Shown: in pieces, positions 20,916-30,404 of the stretch
Numbering within the stretch: the first letter of the stretch is position 1
Layout of the letters: each line of letters opens with the position of its first letter
Assembly: GCA_034530875.2 (NCBI GenBank)
Contig: JAVRCJ020000007.1
Location: forward strand, 216,827-280,826
DNA from: Nostoc sp. DedSLP01
Lineage (GTDB): Bacteria > Cyanobacteriota > Cyanobacteriia > Cyanobacteriales > Nostocaceae
Reading direction: 5' to 3'
Length of the DNA stretch: 64,000 nucleotides
The notes under the pieces: generated by a model
What the model was told of the DNA's origin: nothing
Database searches by the model: none
What the model saw: the letters and a program-made list of their open reading frames with translations, nothing else
Position numbers and translations under genes: made by a program

Positions 20916-22148
20916 ATGACTTTCGACCTTCCCGACTCCCTGATTCTCGATACGGCACTTTCGGTATCTGGTTTAACTGACTATATCCGCTTGCTGCTAG
21001 AGCAAGATGAACAACTGCGGCAAGTTTGGGTGACTGGGGAAGTCTCCAGCGCTAACCACCATCGCAGCGGCTTATTTTTCACGTTGCAAGATACAGATGG
21101 CACCGCAGGAATTAAGTGTGTGGTATGGAATAGTCAATTGGCAAAACTCGCGCAATTACCGGTTCCTGGGGAACAGATAATTATTTTGGGTAGTATTCGA
21201 GTTTACCCACAACGCGGAGAATATCAGCTGTCAGTTTGGCAGACTTTACCTGCTGGTGTTGGTTTACAGGCGCTACGCTATCAACAACTCAAAAATCGCT
21301 TGCTCGCTGAAGGCTTATTCGATCCACAAAGGAAGCGATCGCTCCCCATTCATCCCCAAACCATTGCCGTAGTCACTTCACCAACTGCGGCGGCTTGGGG
21401 TGATATTCAAAAAACTCTCAAGCAAAGATATCCAGGCTTACACGTTTTATTTTCTCCAGCCACAGTACAAGGCGAACAAGCACCAGAATCTATAGTTAAA
21501 GCAATTGAGCGAGTTGACTGGGATGGCCGTGCCGAAGTGCTAATTTTATCGCGTGGTGGTGGTGCGGTTGAGGAATTGGCTTGTTTTAATGACGAACGAG
21601 TAGTAAGGGCTGTTGCTAGTTGTTCGATTCCAGTAATTACTGGCATTGGGCATCAACGAGATGAATCTTTAGTAGATTTAGTTGCAGATGTATGCGTGCA
21701 TACACCAACGGCGGCAGCGGAAAGAGTTGTGCCGGCAATTGCAGAGTTATATGCCGAACATCGGCAGCGAGTTCTGGCTTTGCATGAGGTGGTGTATGAC
21801 TCGTGGGAAGCTGCTGAAAATAAACTGCAAGCATTGCGAAACCGTTTGCGACGTTTGCGGTTAGATCGGCAAGTGCAGCAGGAAGCGCAGAAGCTAGTTT
21901 GGAAGCGTCAGCAATTGGTGCAAGTGACGATCGCGCGATCGCACCAAGCAAAGCAGCATTTGGAATTATTGCGGCAAAAGTTGGCAACTCTCGATCCGAA
22001 AGCTGTGTTGCAGCGTGGTTATGCAGTGGTGAGACAGGAAAATGGTGCGATCGCTCGTAGTGCGGCTGAGTTAGAAGTAGGGCAAGATTTATCGATTCAG
22101 TTGGGACAGGGTGAGGTGAAAGTGAAAGTTACGGAAGTAAAAAAGTAG
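20916..22148 (+). CDS. xseA: Exodeoxyribonuclease VII large subunit
   Basis: VWVTGEVSS, VVTSPTAAA, RGGG, GIGHQRD, TPTAAAE, VLQRGYAVV. Confidence 0.96.
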   Translation: MTFDLPDSLILDTALSVSGLTDYIRLLLEQDEQLRQVWVTGEVSSANHHRSGLFFTLQDTDGTAGIKCVVWNSQLAKLAQLPVPGEQIIILGSIRVYPQRGEYQLSVWQTLPAGVGLQALRYQQLKNRLLAEGLFDPQRKRSLPIHPQTIAVVTSPTAAAWGDIQKTLKQRYPGLHVLFSPATVQGEQAPESIVKAIERVDWDGRAEVLILSRGGGAVEELACFNDERVVRAVASCSIPVITGIGHQRDESLVDLVADVCVHTPTAAAERVVPAIAELYAEHRQRVLALHEVVYDSWEAAENKLQALRNRLRRLRLDRQVQQEAQKLVWKRQQLVQVTIARSHQAKQHLELLRQKLATLDPKAVLQRGYAVVRQENGAIARSAAELEVGQDLSIQLGQGEVKVKVTEVKK

Positions 22149-22294
22149 TTTAGATATATAGCGACTTACAACAGATTAGTGTCAGGAATGCGATCGCTCG
22201 ATTTTGTAAACAATGCCAAAAATTGAGCGCAGGTATAATGACAGAGATAGCTAGAAACCAAATTTAGATATGTGCGATCGCCACATCTCAAGGC

Positions 22295-22323
22295 GCGATG
22301 TCTGCGACGGGCTACGCCTACGC
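22295..22323 (+). repeat. HIP1 site split by a 21-nt SDR5-like element
   Basis: GCGAT|gtctgcgacgggctacgccta|CGC. Confidence 0.8.
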
Positions 22324-22398
22324 TAAAAGCAGTGTAATTCATTTTGAGACTGATTCGTTATAATATTGACGATAAACTTTGCTAAAGAGGGCAAATAT

Positions 22399-22608
22399 AT
22401 GACTAGCCGCGAGCAGCTTATCCAAGAAATTGCAGAGCTTCCAGATGAGTTAGTCAAAGTAATGTTAGATTTTTTGCATCGGGTTCAGGCAACGCATAGT
22501 CATCATCCTCTAGCAAAATTTGCGGGTATTTTGAGTGATGATGAAGCGGCTGATTTACAGAAAGCAATTCAAACTGATTGTCGTCAGGTTGATTTAAATG
22601 AGTGGTGA
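22399..22608 (+). CDS. Putative antitoxin (DUF2281-like)
   Basis: EQLIQEIAELPDELVKVMLDFL; PLAKFAGILSDDEA; overlaps PIN gene. Confidence 0.75.
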   Translation: MTSREQLIQEIAELPDELVKVMLDFLHRVQATHSHHPLAKFAGILSDDEAADLQKAIQTDCRQVDLNEW

Positions 22609-22987
22609 AATTGCGTTAGATACTTCTGTTGCAGTACGTTTTCTAAATGGCGATCCTAATGTTGTTTCAAGGGTATTAGCGTTACCAGAAATATTTTTGT
22701 CGGTGGTAGTAGTGGGAGAGTTACTATTTGGGGCTGAGAACTCGACTCGACCGTTGAAAAATCTTCCTCGATATTTGGAGTTTATAGAAGTTTGTGCGGT
22801 TGTGCCTGTGGAAAAGCGAACGGCAGTTATCTATGCTCAGACTCGTTTGGCTTTGAAGCGCAAAGGGCGACCAATTCCTATGAATGATGTTTGGATTGCA
22901 GCACACTGTCTAGAACATGGTTGGGTGCTTGTTACCAATGATTCAGATTTTGATTATGTGGATGGATTGGTTATAGAGCATTGGTAA
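22598..22987 (+). CDS. vapC: PIN-domain (VapC) toxin
   Basis: LDTSV, VVGELLFG, GRPIPMNDVWIAA, LVTNDSDF. Confidence 0.92.
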   Translation: MSGEIALDTSVAVRFLNGDPNVVSRVLALPEIFLSVVVVGELLFGAENSTRPLKNLPRYLEFIEVCAVVPVEKRTAVIYAQTRLALKRKGRPIPMNDVWIAAHCLEHGWVLVTNDSDFDYVDGLVIEHW

Positions 22988-23033
22988 TGATAGCTATTAT
23001 GTTTTGAGATCGCTTTTCCCATCATTTCAAAGC

Positions 23034-23062
23034 GCGTTAGCGTAGCCCGCCGCAGGCATCGC
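23034..23062 (-). repeat. HIP1 site split by a 21-nt SDR5-like element (opposite orientation to 22295)
   Basis: GCG|ttagcgtagcccgccgcaggc|ATCGC. Confidence 0.8.
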
Positions 23063-23148
23063 CAACAAGTGATAATGTAGCATTTTTCACTAATCAGTTA
23101 AGATAATCTTCATCAATCTTCTTTCCTTTTACCCTTTTCCTTGGAATT

Positions 23149-26100
23149 ATGACGCAGGATGAGTTATTGGTACTGATAGATCGCGCCGTGGCTGAGGGTT
23201 GGCGAGAGTTAGACTTGTCGGGACAAGAGTTGACACAGTTACCTGTAGAAATTGGTAAATTGCAGCAGCTTGAGTCTTTGATTTTGGGAAAGAAGGTTGA
23301 AGGTTATGAAGAAGTAGGAAACCGCTATTTCCAGAAGGTTTCAGGCAACAATTTCAAAACGCTTCCACTTGAACTATTGAATTTGCCTAATTTGCGGAAG
23401 TTGGATATTAGTGGCAATCCTTTAGAGAGCATTCTCGATGTGGTAACGCAAATACTACTATATTTAGAGGAACTTATCTTAATTCGAGTAGAGCTAACTG
23501 AAATACCTGATGCGATCGCGCAATTAACCAATCTGACGCAGCTTCACCTTGATAGCAACCAAATAACCGAGATTCCAGAGGCGATCGCGAAATTAACCAA
23601 TCTGACGCAGCTTCACCTCAGTGACAACCAAATAACCGAGATTCCAGAGGCGATCGCTAATTTAACCAATCTGACGCAGCTTCACCTCAGTAGCAACCAA
23701 ATAACCCAAATACCGGAGGGGATCGCTAAATTAACCAATCTGACGCAGCTTGACCTCAGTAGCAACCAAATAACCCAAATACCGGAGGCGATCGCTAAAT
23801 TAACCAATCTGACGCAGCTTGACCTGGATGGCAACCAAATAACCCAGATACCAGAGGCGATCGCGCAATTAACCAATCTGACGCAGCTTTACCTTAGTTT
23901 CAACCAAATAACCCAGATACCAGAGGCGATCGCGCAATTAACCTATCTGACGCAGCTTTTCCTCAGTGACAACCAAATAACCCAGATACCAGAGACGATC
24001 GCGCAATTAACCAATCTGACGCAGCTTTTCCTCAGTGACAACCAAATAACCCAGATACCAGAGACGATTGCGCAATTAACCAATCTGACGCAGCTTTTCC
24101 TCAGTAACAACCAAATAACCGAGATACCAGAGACGATCGCGCAATTAACCAATCTGACGCAGCTTGTTCTCTATAACAACCAAATAACCGAGATACCAGA
24201 GACGATCGGTAAATTAACCAATCTGACGCAGCTTGACCTGGATGGCAACCAAATAACCGAGATACCAGAGACGATCACGCAATTAACCAATCTGACGCAG
24301 CTTGACCTCCGTAACAACCAAATAACCGAGATACCAGAGACGATCGGTAAATTAACCAATCTGACGCAGCTTTTCCTCAATAACAACCAAATAACCCAGA
24401 TACCAGAGGCGATCGCGCAATTAACCAATCTGAGGGAGCTTTACCTCAGTAGCAACCAAATAACCCAGATACCAGAGGCGATCGAAAGTTTGCCGAAATT
24501 GGAAAAACTAGATTTACGGGGAAATCCGCTTCCTATTTCACCAGAGATTTTAGGATCTTCTAATGATGTTGGTTCAGTTGAAGACATTTTCAATTACTTG
24601 CGATTACTCCGAAGCGGTGAAGTGCGTCCACTCAACGAAGCCAAACTCTTGCTCATCGGACAAGGTAGCGTCGGCAAAACATCCCTCATCCAGCGACTAA
24701 TCCGCGATAAATACGATCAAAATCAACCCCAAACCGACGGACTCAATGTGGAAACTTGGAACGTGCAGGTCAATAGCAAAGACATCCGCCTGAATGTTTG
24801 GGACTTTGGCGGACAGGAAATTTATCATGCCACCCATCAGTTTTTTCTGACTAAGCGCAGCCTCTATCTCCTCGTTTGTAATTGTCGCACCAGCGAAGAA
24901 GAAAACCGCATCGAATATTGGCTGAAACTAATCGAAAGCTTCGGCGGACAGTCCCCCGTGATTATCGTTGGCAACAAAAAAGACGAACAACCCCTCGACA
25001 TCAACCGCAAAGCATTACGCGAAAAATATCCTAACATCCAAGCGATTATCGAAACCTCCTGCCAAGACAATATCGGCATTGATGAACTTCGCACCGCAAT
25101 TTTGCAGCAAATCGCCAAACTCAAAGAAGTCTACGACCTTTTACCCCTCTCATGGTTTGAGGTTAAACAAAAACTCGAATCCATGACTGAAGACTTCATC
25201 AGCTACAACAGCTACATCGGCATCTGCCACCAAAAAGAGATTCCCGAAGAACAAAACCAAGAGCAACTAATCGATTTGCTGCATCGACTCGGCTTAGTTC
25301 TCAACTTCCGCGATCATCCCATCCTCAAAGATACCAACGTCCTCAAACCCAACTGGGTGACAGAAGGCATTTACACGCTCCTGAGCGATGAAAACCTCAA
25401 AACTAAAACCAAAGGCATTTTCACCCCCGCCGATCTCACCCGCATCCTCAATCCAGAGCGATACCCCACTAAGCGTCACGACTATCTGATCGGGCTGATG
25501 AAAGAATTTGAGCTTTGCTTTGCACTAGAATGTTACCCACCACAATTTCTGATTGCGGGACTTCTGCCTAAAGACGAACCAGACGAAACAGAACTCGACG
25601 GCGAAACCCTGGAATTTCAATACCATTACAAAGTTCTCCCCGAAAGCATCATCTCCCGCTTCATCGTCATTACCCACGAAAAAATTCATAACCAAATCTA
25701 TTGGCGCAGTGGCGTAATGCTGCAATATCAAGAAAACAACGAAATCTACAATATTGCTCGCATCAAAGCGGATCCCGAAGACAAAAAAATCTTCATCACC
25801 ATTAGCGAACGTAAAGAAACCCGCCGCTTATTTCTCGGTATTCTCCGCGATGTCTTCCAAAAAATCCACAAAAGTCTTCCCAATCTCGAAATCACCGAAT
25901 GGGTTCCTGTCCCCAACTATCCCAAACATCCGCCCCTCGACTACCAAGAACTACTTGGACTCGAATCAATGGGTGAAAGCACAATCACCATCGGCAAACT
26001 AAAATTAAAACTCGATTTGCGTCAACTACTTGATGGGTATGAAGATATAAGAACTCGACAAAGACAACAAATAGACAAAGGAATTATTGAACCAGCCCCG

Positions 26101-26568
26101 ATTAAGGAACCAATTATGTCAGAAAGCATCAGAAACCAAATATTTGTTAGCTACAGTCATCAAGATGCAGAATGGTTAACAGAACTACAAATACAACTAA
26201 AACCCTATATTCGTGCAGAAAATTTTATCGTTTGGGATGACACCAAAATCAAACCTGGCGCAAAATGGAAAGCCGAGATTGAAAAAGCATTAGCCACAGC
26301 TAAGGTTGCTATCCTGCTAGTCAGCCCTAACTTTATAGGCTCTGATTTCATCGACAGACATGAGCTACCCCCCTTACTCAACGCAGCCGAACAAGAGGGA
26401 TTAACCATTATCTGGATTCCAATTAGTGCAAGCTCATACAGAAAAACCGACATCCAAGAATACCAAGCTGCTCACCCTCCAGATAAACCCCTCGACAGTC
26501 TAAATAAGGCAGAACGTAACCAAGCTTGGGTAAAAATTTGCGAAGAAGTCGAAAAGGCAATGAAATAG
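23149..26568 (+). CDS. Roco-family protein: LRR - Roc GTPase - COR - TIR
   Basis: 23-aa LRRs; G1 GQGSVGKT, G3 WDFGGQ, G4 [53 protein letters not shown]. Confidence 0.93.
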   Translation: MTQDELLVLIDRAVAEGWRELDLSGQELTQLPVEIGKLQQLESLILGKKVEGYEEVGNRYFQKVSGNNFKTLPLELLNLPNLRKLDISGNPLESILDVVTQILLYLEELILIRVELTEIPDAIAQLTNLTQLHLDSNQITEIPEAIAKLTNLTQLHLSDNQITEIPEAIANLTNLTQLHLSSNQITQIPEGIAKLTNLTQLDLSSNQITQIPEAIAKLTNLTQLDLDGNQITQIPEAIAQLTNLTQLYLSFNQITQIPEAIAQLTYLTQLFLSDNQITQIPETIAQLTNLTQLFLSDNQITQIPETIAQLTNLTQLFLSNNQITEIPETIAQLTNLTQLVLYNNQITEIPETIGKLTNLTQLDLDGNQITEIPETITQLTNLTQLDLRNNQITEIPETIGKLTNLTQLFLNNNQITQIPEAIAQLTNLRELYLSSNQITQIPEAIESLPKLEKLDLRGNPLPISPEILGSSNDVGSVEDIFNYLRLLRSGEVRPLNEAKLLLIGQGSVGKTSLIQRLIRDKYDQNQPQTDGLNVETWNVQVNSKDIRLNVWDFGGQEIYHATHQFFLTKRSLYLLVCNCRTSEEENRIEYWLKLIESFGGQSPVIIVGNKKDEQPLDINRKALREKYPNIQAIIETSCQDNIGIDELRTAILQQIAKLKEVYDLLPLSWFEVKQKLESMTEDFISYNSYIGICHQKEIPEEQNQEQLIDLLHRLGLVLNFRDHPILKDTNVLKPNWVTEGIYTLLSDENLKTKTKGIFTPADLTRILNPERYPTKRHDYLIGLMKEFELCFALECYPPQFLIAGLLPKDEPDETELDGETLEFQYHYKVLPESIISRFIVITHEKIHNQIYWRSGVMLQYQENNEIYNIARIKADPEDKKIFITISERKETRRLFLGILRDVFQKIHKSLPNLEITEWVPVPNYPKHPPLDYQELLGLESMGESTITIGKLKLKLDLRQLLDGYEDIRTRQRQQIDKGIIEPAPIKEPIMSESIRNQIFVSYSHQDAEWLTELQIQLKPYIRAENFIVWDDTKIKPGAKWKAEIEKALATAKVAILLVSPNFIGSDFIDRHELPPLLNAAEQEGLTIIWIPISASSYRKTDIQEYQAAHPPDKPLDSLNKAERNQAWVKICEEVEKAMK
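23521..24486 (+). repeat. 14 tandem near-identical 69-nt LRR-coding repeats
   Basis: Consensus (c/a)aattaaccaatctgacgcagcttNNCctBNNTNNCaaccaaataacc(c/g)agataccagag(g/a)cgatcgc(g/t); 14 x 69 = 966 nt. Confidence 0.95.
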
Positions 26569-26598
26569 AACCTATGTCAACATTAACCATAACAAATG

Positions 26599-26770
26599 AT
26601 ATTATGTCCGGTTAATTAGTTATCATTGCGAGCGAAGCGTTCGCGGAGCGTCTCGTTCGCTGAAAGCGTCTCGTAGAGAAGAAAAGCAATCCCAGAGTCC
26701 TTGCGGTTGCTTCGCTCCACTTCGTTGCGCTCGCAATGACATATTATAAGTAATTTAGCGGACTTGATAT
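26599..26770. mobile_element. 172-bp MITE-like element with 25-bp TIRs and nested palindromic repeats
   Basis: atattatgtccggttaattagttat ... ataagtaatttagcggacttgatat; internal tcattgcgagcg ... cgctcgcaatga stem. Confidence 0.75.
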
Positions 26771-26777
26771 GAGTTCG

Positions 26778-27080
26778 CCAAAATAACAAATGCGCTGCCA
26801 AAATTATAAATGCGCTCGCCAAAATCATAAATGCGCTCGCCAAAATCATAAATGCGCTCGCCAAAATCATAAATGCGCTCACAAAATTATAAATACGCTC
26901 ACAAAAATCATAAATGCGTCGCCAAAATTATAAATGCGCTCACAAAATTATAAATGCGCTCACAAAATTATAAATGCGCTCGCCAAAATTATAAATGCGC
27001 TCACAAAATTATAAATGCGCTCGCCAAAATCATAAATGTGTCACCAAAATCATAAATGCGTCGTCAAAATCATAAATGCT
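26778..27080. repeat. Tandem array of ~15 units of 20-21 nt
   Basis: (c)caaaat(t/c)ataaatgcgctc(g/a) repeated without spacers. Confidence 0.92.
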
Positions 27081-27119
27081 GAATCGCTATGTTTTGATAG
27101 GTGTGCAAGTGTCAATAAA

Positions 27120-27827
27120 TCAGCCATTGTTCAACTGCTGAGCAAACGCTTGATGTTCAGCTGAATTTAGCCCTGTTTGCAACACTGTCAAAACCTGTTG
27201 CATATTATCACTAACTAATGCTGAGACATCCAGCCATAATCCAGGAAATATTTGACTTTCAATGATGCCTGAGGCATTTAATAGTAATGGGACGTATTCA
27301 CCATTTTGTAAGCTGAACCAGCTTACAGTCTGCTCAAAAACCTGCCAAACAATATATTCTTGAATGCCATTGCGACGATAGGCGCGTTTTTTATCATACA
27401 AATCCTTGGTAGCACTGCTAGCGGCTACTTCTGCTACTAATTCTGGCGCACCTTCGACGTAACCATCACTACCTATATGAGACTGTCCGCCACAGGCTGC
27501 ATCGATTAACAAAATGGCGTCAGGCTGGGGTTCGTTATCTAAATCTAGGCGCACAGTTGGATTATCGCCCAATCTGACACCAGGCGTCGCTAACTTATAA
27601 TTTCCCAGCCAAATCATCAAATTACCATGTGGTTCGGCATGTGATTCAAAGCGCAAAGGTGATGCCACGTAAACGACTCCTTCGATCAATTCAGCTTTCT
27701 TAAGGTTGGGCATGGCATTGTAGCGACGCTCAAATTCTGGGCAAGTCAGGCGATCGCCACTTTCAAGAGGCGGAATAAAAGAGGGAGAATGAATTGGAGT
27801 CGAATGTTGTGGAGATGTATTGACCAC
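27120..27827 (-). CDS. Uma2-family endonuclease-like protein
   Basis: PPLESGDRL, KAELIEGVVY, EPQPD, GAPELVAEVAASS, YRRNGIQEY. Confidence 0.93.
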   Translation of the reverse strand: MVNTSPQHSTPIHSPSFIPPLESGDRLTCPEFERRYNAMPNLKKAELIEGVVYVASPLRFESHAEPHGNLMIWLGNYKLATPGVRLGDNPTVRLDLDNEPQPDAILLIDAACGGQSHIGSDGYVEGAPELVAEVAASSATKDLYDKKRAYRRNGIQEYIVWQVFEQTVSWFSLQNGEYVPLLLNASGIIESQIFPGLWLDVSALVSDNMQQVLTVLQTGLNSAEHQAFAQQLNNG

Positions 27828-27909
27828 GAATAGAAGACGGTAGAGGTGGTTAAATTGATTGTATCGTAGTGTATTGTGCCGCTAAAATACGACAAACACA
27901 GAGAAATTA

Positions 27910-28143
27910 ATGGTTAAACGCAAGAGTGCTTCTAGTTCTGATTCGATGGAAGGGTGGAACTATGAGGCAAAAGTTATTGAAATTGAGGGAATTATCGCCC
28001 GCATTGAGGCGGGTGAGTTGGAATTGGAAGAGGTTTTTGACCAATTTGGCAAGGCTGTTGAGTATTTGCGTCAGTGCGAAAATTTTTTGCAAAAGCGGCA
28101 GCAGCAGGTGGATTTGTTAATTGAAACTTTAAGCGATGAATAA
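27910..28143 (+). CDS. xseB: Exodeoxyribonuclease VII small subunit
   Basis: [24 protein letters not shown]...LRQCENFL. Confidence 0.9.
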   Translation: MVKRKSASSSDSMEGWNYEAKVIEIEGIIARIEAGELELEEVFDQFGKAVEYLRQCENFLQKRQQQVDLLIETLSDE

Positions 28144-28485
28144 AATCAAAGCCGCAATTGGTGAGTTAGGAGTCAGAATTAGTGAATTCTAGTTTATAAC
28201 AGAATCTACAAATTTCTAGTGCGTTATGTTTAAGGTCATTGAATGTGGCGATCGCTAGCTGATAAACTGCATTACCTAACTCTATTTTTTACTATAAATT
28301 TCAGCACAATGGCATATTGACAAAGAGATAATTTCTGTCAATTTTTCATACATAAAAGTGACGACAGCAGATTTTTTCTTGCATCTGCTCTATTGTGTCA
28401 ATCTAATGGTTTAATTTTAAGTGGCTGGATAAATTTACAGTCATTACCGATATACTGAGTACTTATTATTGCAGTTTGTGCTTTT

Positions 28486-29241
28486 ATGAAACCGTTTCTT
28501 TTTGTAACCGATTTGGATAATACCCTAGTAGGGGAAGACAAAGCGTTAAAGGAACTAAATGACGAGCTAGAAAGGCATAGACAACAACACGGTACAAAGA
28601 TAGTTTATGCAACAGGGCGATCGATTACACTCTATAAGCAATTAGCTTCAGAAAAATCGCTTTTAGAACCCGATGCGCTCATAAGTTCTGTAGGTACTGA
28701 AGTATCTTTAGACAAAGAGTATCAAACTCCCGATCCAGAATGGTCGAGAAAATTGTCGGTCGGTTGGAACCGTGAATTAATTGTAGATATTGCTGCAAAT
28801 TTTAGTAATAAACTAACTCTCCAACAAGAATCTGAACAACGCCCTTTTAAGGTTAGTTATATAATCGAAGAAGCCGCAGCAAAAGAAGTTTTACCTCAGT
28901 TGAAGTTATTATTAGAAAGCCAGAATCTCAAGTTCAATCTAATATACAGTGGCAGCCAAGATTTAGATATTTTACCGCTTTATGCAGATAAAGGTTTAGC
29001 TGTGAAGTATATACAGGAAAAATTGGAATTTTTCCCTGATACAACAGTTGTTTGTGGAGATTCGGGTAATGATATTGCTTTATTTAGTGTTGGAGAAGAA
29101 CGCGGTATTATTGTAGGCAATGCTCGTTCTGAATTACTTGAATGGTATAACGAGAATCAAACTGATTATCGATATTTAGCTAAGGCTTTCTATGCGAATG
29201 GTATTTTGGAAGGCTTGCGTTATTTTGAATTTATTAATTAA
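28486..29241 (+). CDS. spp: Sucrose-phosphate phosphatase (HAD IIB)
   Basis: FVTDLDNTL, YATGRS, EQRPFKVSY, DKGLA, CGDSGNDIALF. Confidence 0.88.
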   Translation: MKPFLFVTDLDNTLVGEDKALKELNDELERHRQQHGTKIVYATGRSITLYKQLASEKSLLEPDALISSVGTEVSLDKEYQTPDPEWSRKLSVGWNRELIVDIAANFSNKLTLQQESEQRPFKVSYIIEEAAAKEVLPQLKLLLESQNLKFNLIYSGSQDLDILPLYADKGLAVKYIQEKLEFFPDTTVVCGDSGNDIALFSVGEERGIIVGNARSELLEWYNENQTDYRYLAKAFYANGILEGLRYFEFIN

Positions 29242-29371
29242 GGATTTGGTAAACAGTCGAATTTATAATTTTGTAGATTGCGATACTAATGTAAATTATG
29301 GCAACCAATATTTAAGAGTTGCCAAAAAAACAACTAAATCTGTCTGAAAAAATCAAGCTATGTAAAAATAA

Positions 29372-29881
29372 GTGAATATAGGAGAAATTTCGATGGACTC
29401 ACTTTTACCAAAAGAATTGAATAATTTAGAAAATCAAAAAAAGGAAGAGAACGAAGAAACTGAGAGGATTGAAACAGGAAATAAACAGAAGCCATTGAAA
29501 TCGATTTTGAGTAATACTAATCCCGATAAGTTGGAAGTTAATGACATTATTAATGCTGTTAAAACAGCAATAGTTGATATTACTGAATTAGAAATTACTA
29601 CTTGGGTTGCAGAGTCAAATACTCGAGTTGGTGAAGAACAAGAAAATCGTGTAGAAACAGCGAAACCAGGAAATCGCATATATACAATGATTAATCTTGT
29701 AGATGGTAATATATCAAATGAAATCGGCAGTCAATTTGTTGGTAATGGCCCTTATGCAGAACTGCTTGAGTTTCATTTAAGCCAAGTCAAAGAAAGCCGA
29801 GAAATTATACAAAAGAATATAGAAACTGTGCATAAAATATATGGGATTTTGATGGAGTTGTATAAATCTCGTAAAAATTAA
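29372..29881 (+). CDS. Hypothetical protein
   Basis: 169-aa ORF; GGAGA RBS-like motif before ATG near 29393. Confidence 0.7.
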   Translation: MNIGEISMDSLLPKELNNLENQKKEENEETERIETGNKQKPLKSILSNTNPDKLEVNDIINAVKTAIVDITELEITTWVAESNTRVGEEQENRVETAKPGNRIYTMINLVDGNISNEIGSQFVGNGPYAELLEFHLSQVKESREIIQKNIETVHKIYGILMELYKSRKN

Positions 29882-29921
29882 AACGAGACACTTTATTTTT
29901 TAAAAGGTCAAATTTAATCGG

Positions 29922-30336
29922 TACGAGTCCGATTTGATTGATGAAAAAATTTAAGTATCTGTAGTGGACTCACACAGCTAATTTGGTGCATTAGCAAAAC
30001 TCAAAAACGTTGCTTTCTATCAATACATCAAAAATCTATTGGATCATTTTAGTCGTGTCAGTCCACTAGATATCCCCAAAATTTTTAGTCTACTGAAGTA
30101 GACTTGAGCTAAAAGCCTGTGAAATTTATTTCTTGGCGGGTGAGGAAGCCAACAGTTAAGCCATTTCTACCTTCAGTTGACACCAATGGCGAGACGCCCA
30201 TCCCACAAGAGCCAAACTAATACACTATTTTAGTCTTGACACGCTAGTAGCCTAACGTACCTAAATCGTTAACTGGTGCGCTAGCCTTTGGCGTAACGCA
30301 CCTTACGTGTATTTCAGAAATCAGATATGAGTCCTA
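29922..30336. mobile_element. Nested, decayed MITE/SDR cluster
   Basis: Outer imperfect TIRs tacgagtccgatttgattgatgaaa / tttcagaaatcagatatgagtccta; inner TIR pair tagtggactcacacagctaa (29962) / ttagtcgtgtcagtccacta (30068); further palindromes inside. Confidence 0.55.
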
Positions 30337-30404
30337 AAGAATATTAGCTAAGTAGGCAGGAAAATTTATAAGTTTTGGTTTTTCACGCCGATTGACTAAC
30401 ATAC

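Noticed and set aside
23521..24486. Complete diversity-generating retroelement
   Set aside because: No RT, Avd or template repeat is present. Neighbouring adenines (AACCAAATAACC) are invariant. Kept only as a hypothesis.
26616..26882. 88-aa ORF
   Set aside because: It is a translation of the 21-nt array and the MITE palindrome.
26778..27080. CRISPR array
   Set aside because: Units are contiguous with no unique spacers, and no cas genes are in the window.
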